NCBI GenBank assembly: GCA_037445065.1
Contig: JBBILD010000007.1
Location: 96,001-160,000 of the forward strand
From: Myxococcales bacterium
Lineage (GTDB): Bacteria > Desulfobacterota > Binatia > HRBIN30
Length of the DNA stretch: 64,000 nt
Direction of reading: 5' to 3'
Of the stretch, positions 19,024-31,067 are shown piece after piece. The stretch's first letter is position 1; each line of letters opens with the position of its first letter. A program made the position numbers and the translations under genes. The notes beneath the pieces were generated by a model. It saw only the letters and a program-made list of their open reading frames with translations. It was not told the DNA's origin and searched no databases.

Positions 19024-21450
19024 TCAGCGCGGCAATGCAGGTGGAGCGCCTGCCCCACCCGCCGGTGTAGGCTCCGGCGGAACCTCGGAACCCAAGCCTG
19101 CCACGCTCAGAGCGGTGGCTAAGACGGCCTGCGTTACGCGGTGTGCAAAGGGCAGGTCGAGCGTGGCAAGTGTGTCCGTCGGCCGGTGATAGTGGGGATT
19201 GCGATAGAGCGCTGTGTCGGTCAGCAACACTGCGGCATAGCCCCTGTCCCAAAAGTGCGAGTGATCGCTTAAGCGCGTTGCCACCATGCACGCTCCCTTG
19301 CCGGCGACCACGCCGCTTCCCACGAGCAGGGTACGAACATAGCGGATTGCAGCCTGTTCGAAAGAACGCAGAAGATCAACCGAAGCCTCGTTGGCCACCG
19401 CCGCGATAAAGTTGCCTACATTGAGGCCACTTTGACTCACGCGCAAGCAGCCTGGGATATCCGAGAAAGCACCTTGGCATCCAGGGCGATGGCAGGTGTA
19501 CCCGATCATGTCCAACGAGAACATCCCGAGGAACTCCCGTCCTTCGTAGTGCGCGCGCTGCACGAACCTCAAACTACCCAAGATCCCCACCTCCTCCAAA
19601 CCAAAGGCGACCAGTTCCACAGAGGATCCGGTCTCGACACGGGAGAGCACACGTGCAATTTCGAGGACCGCAGCCACGCCGGAGGCATTGTCATCCGCTC
19701 CAGGGGAGCGGGGAAGGGGCACCGTGTTGAAATGCGCACCGATCACGAGCGCACGGCTCGGATCCCGACTGCCTCTGCGTTTCACAATAATGTTCTCGGT
19801 GTGGCTGAATGGCATGCGCGTGACTTCGTAACCAAAAGACCTGAATTGCCTGACGATGTAGTCGGCAGCGTCGGCCTGAGTCGCTGGAGTATCGCGCCGT
19901 CCCTCGAGGGCGGCGATATGCATCAAAAGCTGATCAATCGAAACTTCTGCCACCAGCCGATCGATTGCACCCGGTGTGGGCGTGGGTTGCATAGGCGGGC
20001 AACCGATCAATGCGTGGCCAACCGCCCGAACCAGTTCGTCCACCGTGACACTGCCGTTTGCGTCGCCATCCGACGCTGCACAGCGTTCGAGCGCGAACTC
20101 CCCCAGCGCTACGTTTACTCCTTGAACCAACTCATCGATTGTCACCCGCCCATCCCCATCGCAGTCGCCGGCGCAGGCTGGGGTAGGAACAACCGTCGCA
20201 GTTCTGGTGAAAGTAGGTGGGGGCGTTCGAGTGGGAGTTGCGGTTTTTATGATCGTGGGGGTCACCGTCATGGTTGGTGCAAGCGTGATCGTTGGCGTTG
20301 GGGTAACGCTGGGCGTCACGCTTGTGTCCGAGGGTAAAGGGAGCGGGCAGCCGCCGGGGACCTCGCGAATTGCGATGCCTGAGAGCCGGCAACCTGCTGG
20401 GCAGCCAGGGATGTGGATCGTGCCCACCACGTCAAGGGAGCGCGTGTCCATTACTGTCACGACACCTCCCGAACGGCCCAGATACGCCAGACTTCCATCA
20501 CGCGTCAGGGCAATTTCACTCGCCGCTAGTAAGACGTGGCGCACGGTAACCGTGGCAGCGTCAACCACTACGAGCGCGTCCCGCCCTGCCACGTACACCG
20601 AGCCGCCATCCGGCCTTACGGCGATGGCACCTGTGGAGGCCCCCGTAGACCGAAAGGAGTCTGTCAATGGATCGAACGCAAGGAACCTGCCAAACCCGGA
20701 ACCACTCGTGGCGTAAACGGTCGAGCCGTCAGGAGCCACACCAATGCCCCCCACTCCTTCGTGATCAGGGTGTCCATCCACAGCGTGAAGGATCCGGATC
20801 TCCTTCATCTTTGCCGTGTCCACCACGGCGATCATGGACTGGCTGCCGGGAACATACACCCGCGAGCCATCTGGGCTGACGGCGAGCTGACCAATGGCAC
20901 CAAGGCTCACTTGAAGCGGAATCGAAGCAATCACCGTGTTCGATTCCAACGACACCACCGAAAGCTCCTTTCCGCCCGCCACGTACAGCCGATCCCCGGT
21001 AGGGCTCACAACCAAAGCTCTGCCATTGACAGGAATCGTCGCCAATGGTTCCCTGCTCGCCCCGTCTAGCACAAACACGCGTTGCGGGCCGAGCTCTTGC
21101 TCCGACACCAGCGCGTAAAAGCGGGATCCATCGGGGGCCACGGCTACATCGGCCACATGCTGCGCCGGGAGGTGCAACGTCGTCAGCACGCGCGGAGCGG
21201 CGGTGTTGATCACAGAGATGCTGGCGACATCGTGAGTGGCCACATAGATGCATTCCTCTCCGCTCGCGGGTCGCAAGGATATGAGGAACATTGCTCCGGC
21301 TGCTGCTCGCCTGGCCCTTCTCCATAGCCCCGCTGTGGACAACACTCTCCTAGCAGGCTCGAGGTACCCACGGTGCATCCGGCGCGCCTGCAGGCGCCGC
21401 GGATTCAGCAGACCTGCCAGCGTACCGCCCAAGCCCATCCGGTAACGCAA
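19024..21450 (-). CDS. Secreted YVTN beta-propeller + Pro/Thr linker + dockerin-like domain + M28 peptidase (start uncertain)
   Basis: VAVAPDGSRFY repeats; PT linker; CAGDCDGDGRVTIDELV; IGAHFN, PGADDNASGVA, FGLEEVGILGS, LDMIGY, SDH, YHRPTD. Confidence 0.8.
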   Translation of the reverse strand: MRYRMGLGGTLAGLLNPRRLQARRMHRGYLEPARRVLSTAGLWRRARRAAAGAMFLISLRPASGEECIYVATHDVASISVINTAAPRVLTTLHLPAQHVADVAVAPDGSRFYALVSEQELGPQRVFVLDGASREPLATIPVNGRALVVSPTGDRLYVAGGKELSVVSLESNTVIASIPLQVSLGAIGQLAVSPDGSRVYVPGSQSMIAVVDTAKMKEIRILHAVDGHPDHEGVGGIGVAPDGSTVYATSGSGFGRFLAFDPLTDSFRSTGASTGAIAVRPDGGSVYVAGRDALVVVDAATVTVRHVLLAASEIALTRDGSLAYLGRSGGVVTVMDTRSLDVVGTIHIPGCPAGCRLSGIAIREVPGGCPLPLPSDTSVTPSVTPTPTITLAPTMTVTPTIIKTATPTRTPPPTFTRTATVVPTPACAGDCDGDGRVTIDELVQGVNVALGEFALERCAASDGDANGSVTVDELVRAVGHALIGCPPMQPTPTPGAIDRLVAEVSIDQLLMHIAALEGRRDTPATQADAADYIVRQFRSFGYEVTRMPFSHTENIIVKRRGSRDPSRALVIGAHFNTVPLPRSPGADDNASGVAAVLEIARVLSRVETGSSVELVAFGLEEVGILGSLRFVQRAHYEGREFLGMFSLDMIGYTCHRPGCQGAFSDIPGCLRVSQSGLNVGNFIAAVANEASVDLLRSFEQAAIRYVRTLLVGSGVVAGKGACMVATRLSDHSHFWDRGYAAVLLTDTALYRNPHYHRPTDTLATLDLPFAHRVTQAVLATALSVAGLGSEVPPEPTPAGGAGAPPALPR

Positions 21451-21566
21451 ACACTACCGCTGCCGGGCGCTCTGCATGGCCGTGTCCTCCCCTCCCGGAA
21501 ATCGCCTTTTCTCCTTGCTCTGCGCGGGGTGCGCACCCACTGCGTGTCTCCGTGAACCTGCCTTCT

Positions 21567-21594
21567 TAAACGCTCGCGGCGGCCAAAAAGTTCC
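21567..21594 (-). promoter_or_regulatory. ECF-sigma-like promoter
   Basis: Minus strand GGAAC-N17-CGTTTA; a second copy, AGGAC-N17-CGTTTT, at 21807-21834. Confidence 0.45.
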
Positions 21595-21927
21595 CAGAAA
21601 ATGCATTTTTTTCTCTGGGCCGGTTGCTTGGGCTTTGTTGCCGGGTGCGGGCTCTTCGTCTCTGCCCGAGCCCCCCTTCTCCAACACACGCTTCCCGCAA
21701 ACGGCTCCCCCACAACGCTGGTGCGGCGCTTCCTCCGCTCGAAGCCGCTTTACTCACCGTGCCTGCCAAAGGACGCTGCCAATATTTGGAAAAGCGACTT
21801 CCCTCAAAAACGCACGAGGCCCGCAAAAAGTCCTCGCACGCGAGCGAGAGGGGCTTTGGTGTTGCAGTGACCTCGGCTCTGGGCTGTGGAGCGTCGCCTC
21901 CCCGGGTGCTCGGCGCTTAGCCCCGGC

Positions 21928-22480
21928 TCAATGCGTGGATGCGGTTCCCTCGCTTTTGCCGGTGCGGGGGAGCGGCGCAGCGGACCAGCAACGCGATGCC
22001 AGTGCCTCCCCCGCGGTGGCGCTGCCACCCGGAGCACTGCACCCCGCAAGGGCCGCGTTGACTGCAACGACCACCTCGTCCACCGTGCCCCGGCCGTCGC
22101 CACTGCGGTCGGCTGCTGCACAGGTCGCAAGCGGTGCGTCGCCAAGGACGATGCTGACACCGCGCGCGGGTTCGTCCACGCTCACGCTGTTGTCCCGGTC
22201 GCAATCGCCGGTGCAAATGGGCGCCCCTCGGGCCAGCAGTACCGAGACCTCATTCGAAAGCGAGTTGACGGTCACGATGTCCAGGCGCCCGTCGCTGGTG
22301 AGCTCGGCCACCCCGAGGTGGCGAGGACGGTCACCGATGCGAACGGACTTTGCGCCAGCGAGCCTGCCCCCTTTGCCGCCAACCTGCACCGACACTTGAT
22401 TCGAGACAGCATTCGCGCTGGCGATGCTCAGGCGGCCATCGCGGCTCAGGTCGTCCACTGCGACCCCGCTTGGCTCCCTG
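21928..22480 (-). pseudogene. Degenerate FG-GAP-repeat + dockerin-like gene remnant
   Basis: PSGVAVDDLSRDGRLSIASAN and GVAELTSDGRLDIVTVNSLSNEVSVLL repeats, then CTGDCDRDNSVSVDE...ADRSGDGRGTVDEVVVAVNAALAGC; no signal peptide or coherent 5' end; consensus residues eroded. Confidence 0.6.
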
Positions 22481-23325
22481 CCGCCCTGGGAGCATCGCGT
22501 TCCAGCCAGCGTGTCTTCCCCAAAACCGCTGCAGCAGAGCGACGACAGCGAATGTGGCCCCCGCCGCGACTGGTGTGCGCTACCCCCCAAAAGCAGCTTG
22601 AAAAAATGTGGCAAATGCTACTGCGTCTCGATGACCCGAGCGGGAACCAGTAGGCGCCTGGTCGCGCGCACCAATCACGCCGGGAGGGAACCAAGAGCCG
22701 TAGGCACGCATTCCCCTTCCACCGCCGGCTCGCGCCAGAAGCCGCGCGCTGCAGTCACTCCACAAAGAACGGCGAAAGTATCCTCCAATACCGCCCATTC
22801 CAGGGGACTGCAGGAGCGACGTTCGTGGAGCCGCTGGTGCGATTTGTGGGCTCGTGGCCAAGTTGCACCAAGGGCAGGCGCAAAGGTTTGCCCCGGAGAG
22901 TTGTGGCGTGGGCCGCGGCTTCCCGCGGAGCACGAGCCCCGACCCAGGTGCGGTGCCCTGGGGAACTCGCTGCGCGCCGTCGTGAGCAGCTCTTAGCTCG
23001 GGTTCGCGTGCGAGGGTCTGGCGAGGTTTCGAGCCGTTGGCGCTCGCATGACCCTGCGCGCCCGACCGCTCGACTCTGCGGGCAGATGTAACCCGCTCTC
23101 AATGAACGCGCTCCTGCGAGAGGCGGGCCAGGCGCGCGTGTAGGCGCGGGCCGCACGACCCGTTGTCACGGATGCAACAAAATCGGAACGGGCCGCAGGA
23201 ATGGCCGTGGAGGAACGACAAGCTGAGGTCGTCGCGTCCCCGCATGGCGGGCGTTTTTGTTCTTCCTGGCATGAGGTTGAGCGGTTTGCTTGCGCCGTTT
23301 CTGGGGAGCAAGTAGGGTGCTCTAC

Positions 23326-24177
23326 ATGAACCAGCACGTGATCGAAGTTACCGAAGAAAATTTTGAAAAAGAGGTCATCGAACGTTCGCGCACCGTACCG
23401 GTGGTTGTGGATCTGTGGGCGCCGTGGTGCGGCCCGTGCCGCACGTTGGGGCCCCTTCTCGAGCGCCTTGCCGCTGAATTCGGCGGCCAATTCGTGCTGG
23501 CTAAGATCAACGTGGATGAAAACCCGCTCCTCGCCCAAGCCTTTCGAGTGCAGAGCATCCCGTATGTGCTGGCGATTCGCGACGGGCAAATCGTGGCGCA
23601 GTTCTTAGGAGCGCAACCTGAGGCGCGGGTACGCGAGTTCCTGGCCGCGTTGCTGCCGAGTGATGCAGAGCGCTTGTCCGCGCAAGCGACGGCCCGGCTC
23701 GCGGCTGGCAAAGCCGCGGAAGCGGAGAAGCTCTTCCGGCAAGCGTTGGAAATCGACCCGCGCTCTGCGGCCGCACTGCTCGGACTGGCTCGAATTCTAC
23801 TCGAACGCGGGGAAGAAGACGAGGCGCGAACGCTGCTCGACCGGGTCGAACCCGGACCCTACCGTGTGCAAGCCGACCGCCTACTGGCAGAACTCCGCTT
23901 GCGCGAGGAGGTCGGTGCGGACGAAGCCACGTTGCGCCAGCGCCTGGCAGCCAACGCGGCTGACTTGGAGGCTCGCCTGCAGTTGGGAAAACGGCTCGCC
24001 GCTCAGGGTAGGTACCGCGAGGCCTTGGAGGAGCTTCTCGAAGTCGTGCGGCGGGATCGAAACTTCCAAGATCAAGCGGCGCGCAAAGCCATGGTGGATA
24101 TTTTCCAAGTTCTCGGCAGTGGCAACGAGCTAGCGGAACACTATCGCTCAGAGCTGGCGAAAATCTTGTTCAGTTGA
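23326..24177 (+). CDS. cnoX: Thioredoxin-TPR chaperedoxin (CnoX/YbbN family)
   Basis: VVDLWAPWCGPC, AKINVDEN, TPR helices, C-terminal ARKAMVDIFQVLG...YRSELAKILF. Confidence 0.88.
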   Translation: MNQHVIEVTEENFEKEVIERSRTVPVVVDLWAPWCGPCRTLGPLLERLAAEFGGQFVLAKINVDENPLLAQAFRVQSIPYVLAIRDGQIVAQFLGAQPEARVREFLAALLPSDAERLSAQATARLAAGKAAEAEKLFRQALEIDPRSAAALLGLARILLERGEEDEARTLLDRVEPGPYRVQADRLLAELRLREEVGADEATLRQRLAANAADLEARLQLGKRLAAQGRYREALEELLEVVRRDRNFQDQAARKAMVDIFQVLGSGNELAEHYRSELAKILFS

Positions 24178-25272
24178 GTCGGGCGTCGGTCTGGGCGGCT
24201 GCCAGCTCCCCGGCTCTGTTGTACGCAGAGCGGCGCTGGCGTCGTACAATTCCCTGAGCAGGGCAACGCTTGGCCGCCGCTCGCCACTTGCGATCTGCCA
24301 CACCCAGTCCACCACCAAACGATTGAGCGGCGCTGGTACACCGAGGCGTTCTCCGTGCGAGACCACTTCGCCATTCAAGAAGTCCACGGCCGGAGGCCGG
24401 CCGCGCTCGATCGCCGCCAGCATCGAGGAGCGGAGCCGGCGAAAGCGTGCACCTACGGCCAATAGGAGAGCATGTTTGGCGAACAGGGAGGGAGAACCGA
24501 GTTGGAAGCGCTCGCGCGGATCGAGTGCGACCCAGTCGAGGTCAATCGTCCCCGCGACTTTCTCGAGGCGAACCCCGCTGGCTCGCGCTACTTCGACCGC
24601 CTCGGTCATGACCTCGAGACCGAGCCGGCGTGCGAAACGGTAGCGAAGCAAAACCCCCAGGCGTTCTCCCCCAATGGTTCCAAGCGAGCTGATGGCGCAG
24701 TTGATGGCGAGCTTACTCCAGCGGGCGCCCAGCAAATTGGTGGTGCGGGCTACCGGACCCACCGTTTGTAAAACGGTCGCTACCCAGTCGAGCCACCGGT
24801 TGGGGGTCGCGTCAACCGTGCCAATCGTGAAGCCGCCCTTCGAAGTGCGCTCGTACACGCCGGGCGAAATCATGGACCCACCCCAAGCGACAATCGCCCC
24901 GATCACCCGCTCTTTCCCGGCCAGCGACGCGACCCGCAGCTCGCACAATCCATTTTGGAAGCACACGAATGTTCCCTGCGGCGCGAGCAAGGGAAGCGCC
25001 GATTGCACGGCTTCCTCCACCTGGGGTGGTTGCATGGCAAGCAGGATCACGTCGTAGGTCCGCCCCCGCTCCGGGAGGTTCACCTCGGCATGTGCGGGAA
25101 CGTGGATCACTCGCTCGCCGTCGCGTAGCTCGATGCCGTGCCGGCAGAGCGCAGAAGCAATGGCTTTATTGTGGGTGACGATTTCTACGGCCACGCCGCG
25201 GGCGCGCAAGTGGGCGGCAAGCACGCCGCCTACACCGCCGCAGCCGAGAAGCAGCATTCGTGGCTGGCTCAC
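24148..25272 (-). CDS. panE: 2-dehydropantoate 2-reductase (ketopantoate reductase)
   Basis: GCGGVGG, FQNGL, WSKLAINC, SSML...GR...DFLNGEVV. Confidence 0.85.
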   Translation of the reverse strand: MSQPRMLLLGCGGVGGVLAAHLRARGVAVEIVTHNKAIASALCRHGIELRDGERVIHVPAHAEVNLPERGRTYDVILLAMQPPQVEEAVQSALPLLAPQGTFVCFQNGLCELRVASLAGKERVIGAIVAWGGSMISPGVYERTSKGGFTIGTVDATPNRWLDWVATVLQTVGPVARTTNLLGARWSKLAINCAISSLGTIGGERLGVLLRYRFARRLGLEVMTEAVEVARASGVRLEKVAGTIDLDWVALDPRERFQLGSPSLFAKHALLLAVGARFRRLRSSMLAAIERGRPPAVDFLNGEVVSHGERLGVPAPLNRLVVDWVWQIASGERRPSVALLRELYDASAALRTTEPGSWQPPRPTPDSTEQDFRQL

Positions 25273-25457
25273 GATGGGTCTCCCTTCTCGTTGCCGATGA
25301 TGGCGGCAAGAGGTGTACAGGGCAAGTACTGGCGCGGCCGGACGCTTGCGTCGCGCGACCGTGCGTGCTCAGCTACTTGGCCGTGGCAGCGCAGGATCAA
25401 GCGGCTCAGGCCGCCGTCGCGGCCGTGGACAGGGCGTCACGAGCTGGTGCGAGTGCG

Positions 25458-26347
25458 ATGCAACCGGCTCGCGTGCGCCTTGCCGACCTGTTCCAACTCA
25501 TGCGCTGGACGCAGTGGAGCAAAAACGCGGTGCTCTTTGGCGCGCTGATTTTCTCCAAGCATTTGTTCCACTTGCCGAGCGTGTTTTGGGCAACCCTTGG
25601 TTTCCTCGCCTTTTGTGCCACCGCCAGCGGTGCCTACGTGTTCAACGACCTGCGCGATTGCGAGCGAGATCGCCAGCACCCGCTCAAGCGCAGCCGACCC
25701 CTGCCGGCGGGGCGGGTTTCGAAACGAGCGGCGGTGTGGCTCTGCGGTGGGCTCTTAGGGGTCGGGCTTACGGGAGCGTTCCTCCTCGGGGGAGAGTTCG
25801 GTCTGTTAGTGCTCCTCTATTTGCTCCTGCAGTTCGCATACACGTTTTTCCTCAAGGAGTTGGTGATCCTCGACGTCATGGCAATCGCTACTGGCTTCGC
25901 CATCCGCGCCGGGGCAGGTGGGGTGGTGATCGGCGTGCCGGTGTCTCCGTGGCTCATCATCTGCACGTTTTTGCTCATGCTGTTTCTCGGTTTCTCCAAG
26001 CGGCGGCACGAGTTGGTGCTGCTCGAAGAACAGGCTGAGCACCACCGAACGACCCTGCGTGAGTACAGCCCGTATTTTCTCGATCAGATGATCAGCGTGG
26101 TGACCGCCTCCACGGTGGTTGCGTACGCGATTTACACGGCGTCACCGGAAGTGCGCGAGAAGCTCGGGACCGACAAGCTGTACCTCACAATTCCGTTCGT
26201 GCTGTTCGGAATCTTCCGCTACCTATACCTCGTTCATCAGCGCGAGGAAGGCGGCAATCCGACGCAGTTGTTGTTGAACGATCGGCCGTTGTTGCTCGAC
26301 ATTTTCCTCTGGGTCATCGCCTGTGCGGCGATTTTGTACTTGCAGCC

Positions 26348-26351
<4 letters not shown>
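25458..26351 (+). CDS. UbiA-family decaprenyl-phosphate phosphoribosyltransferase-like protein
   Basis: QWSKN, YVFNDLRDCERDRQHPLKRSRPLPAG, FSKRRHEL, TIPFVLFGIFRY. Confidence 0.88.
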
Positions 26352-28683
<2,332 letters not shown>

Positions 28684-28691
<8 letters not shown>

Positions 28692-30435
28692 GCTGGTACG
28701 TCATCCGCACCGAAACCTGGTCCTTGTCGCGGAAAAATCCGACCTGCTGGAACTCCCCGCCAATGTGGAAGTAGGCCACGTCGAACAGTAGCCAATCGAA
28801 CATCCGATAGGTGAGGGTGGGATTGACCGCATAGGTCCCGCGCACATTGGCGATCAGCGTCAGACCCGGTGTGAGGCGGCCGTGTAGGTAGTCGGTCTGC
28901 AAGTGCGTTTGGGCAAAGAGTTCCACTTTTTTGAGTTGGACGAAATCGTCCGGACTCATGCCGCTCGTGCCAGGCTTTTGCTGGCCGTTGAAGCGGAAGT
29001 CTTTCTGGCTGGTTTCGTCGAGATTCCAGGAGCCAACGATCGCGTTGACCCAGGTAAACGAGTTTGCTGGGTTGAGCGCGCGCAAGAAGAAGAAGCGATC
29101 CACGCCCAGTTCCCAGCGTACGAAGTCTGCCTCCGGTACGGAACACGCCTGATTGTTGCAAGCTCGTAAAATCGAGAGGGGATCGATTCCACGCCGGATA
29201 CCGAGGTTGATTTCGGGGATAAACGCCGGCTCCTTGCGGAAGTAATTCGCCTGCATGCGAATGATGCTGTCAATGGGCTCGAGGAAAAAGGTGAGCCCGA
29301 GTCCGTATACCTCCACGAACTTGTTGTGGATCGTCTCAGTGACGAAGATCTGCGGTCCTTCCGTGGTCCGCTTGAGCCCTTGGCCGAGTGGCACCGGGGA
29401 ATTCGGGTAGGTGATGTAGTACCAAAAGCTCGCAGTCACCGACCTGGCGATCACGCTTTGGATCCGGGCTCCGTAACGACTCCGGTCGAATCGCTTTTTC
29501 GGGATATGGTCGAACAGCACGAACTGAACCGGAAGTGCCTCGAAGAGATCCCCTAACTGGTCCCGCAGCACCTCCTGGGGATCTTTGCCCGGTACCGAGT
29601 ACGGGCTGACCTCGCGCATGGGGAGAATGCCGGTGTCGACGTCGAGGTCACCCGGTACCCAGTAGGCTTCCACGAAGGCGCTGGAAAACGGGCCCCAAGT
29701 GTCGAAGAGGTTCCAGCTTGCGCGCGCTGTCCACAGCGGAATGCGCGCCTCGTCCACCTCCTGAAACAGCCCGGGCACCGCGAGGGTGAGATCGAAGGGG
29801 TTGTTTTGGTCCAACAGCGCCACGGTGTCCGACTCGCCCCAGGAGATTGCTTGCCGGCCGAGCCGCAAGAAAAACGGGCCTTTGCTGAAATTCAGGTAAA
29901 GCTCGTTGATGCGCCGCCGCGTACCGTAGATGTCGCGCGGGTTTTGCACCTCCACTCCTGGGAAGTACTCGGCCAAAGGAATCGCCTGGGTCACGTCGGC
30001 GCGGAACTCCGGCCCTTCCAGGATAAAGGCCCTCCGTCGCAACGGCTGCGGCCAGCCAGCGTTGACCTGCCGTGCCACCGTCCGAAATTGCGCCGGCCCG
30101 TAATCGTAGATGCCATCGTAAAAGCCCCACGCTGCAACCCGAAAGCTCAAGTCGTCTGGCTTAAAGATCCCCAGCCAGCTCGGCAGGTACGGGGTGAGCT
30201 TCCCCTCGAACTCGGGGTTGTAAAAGTTCCGATGCTCCACCATCTGGCCGAGCTTGGTGTTCGGGAAGGTCACTCCCTCCTCTGAGTTCTCCGTCCGGAT
30301 GGAAAAGCGGCTGTATGTCCGGAGCCGCAACTGGAAGTTCTGGCCCTCGTCAATGTACAGGGCCTGTACGGGTGCCGCCAGCAACCCGGCCACCGTAACC
30401 GCCTTCGCAACCCACACCGTCCACCGACCAAGCAT
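28684..30435 (-). CDS. DUF1302-like outer-membrane protein
   Basis: Signal peptide; ELYL...LRLGRQAISWGESD...NPFD; C-terminal FFRDKDQVSVRMTYQLN. Confidence 0.75.
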
Positions 30436-31067
30436 CTGCTTCGTCCTCCTGTTCGAGTCGTCTGCCCCCTCAAACGAATGTTTGATCGGGGCGCCTGTCT
30501 TCCCCAAAAGGGCACCGTGGCCCGCTTTTACTTCCCGCCGAATCTGCGAGTCAAGCGGAAGATGCTGTGCGACTTGTCCGCGCCCGTTGCAGGAACGACG
30601 AGAGTGCCGACAGCGACTCGGGAAACGCTTGGACAGTGCTTGACTTGTGCCGCTGGCTCCTGCAAGCAAGCGGCTGATTTAAGCGACTGCTTGAACATGC
30701 TGGGATGCCAAGTTCGGGTGCGAGGGTTGCGAGTGGCAAGTTACAGGGGACGTGGGCTTGCCGGTGCGGGCCGCGGTTCCGCGCAGCGGGGCGCAATGCT
30801 GCGCGCGGTGCTCCGTCGAAGACCGTCTGGTGGTCCGGGTGCCTACCGGTGGCAGCGCGGCTCGCCGGGGACAGCGTTTAGACAAGTTGAACGCGAGGTA
30901 CGGGCACGAGCTTGCGAGGCGGCAACCATTTGCAGGTGGATGGGAGGGGGCCCGGTCCAGCAACTCGGGAACAAGAAGTGTTGGAGGAAGGCGCGTTTCT
31001 CGGGATCGGTTTTGGGAATGGTGCCAGTGCTCTGGCGAACGAGTCCGAGTAAAGGCAAGGAGGGCAC

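Noticed and set aside
23172..23315. Short ORF containing WPWR plus a hairpin and T-run, resembling a Trp attenuator
   Set aside because: The downstream gene is cnoX rather than a trp gene, and the ORF runs through the hairpin
30901..30916. GGCACGAGCTTGC as a sigma54 promoter for the hydantoinase genes
   Set aside because: Spacing from GGCAC to TTGC is one base short of the -24/-12 consensus
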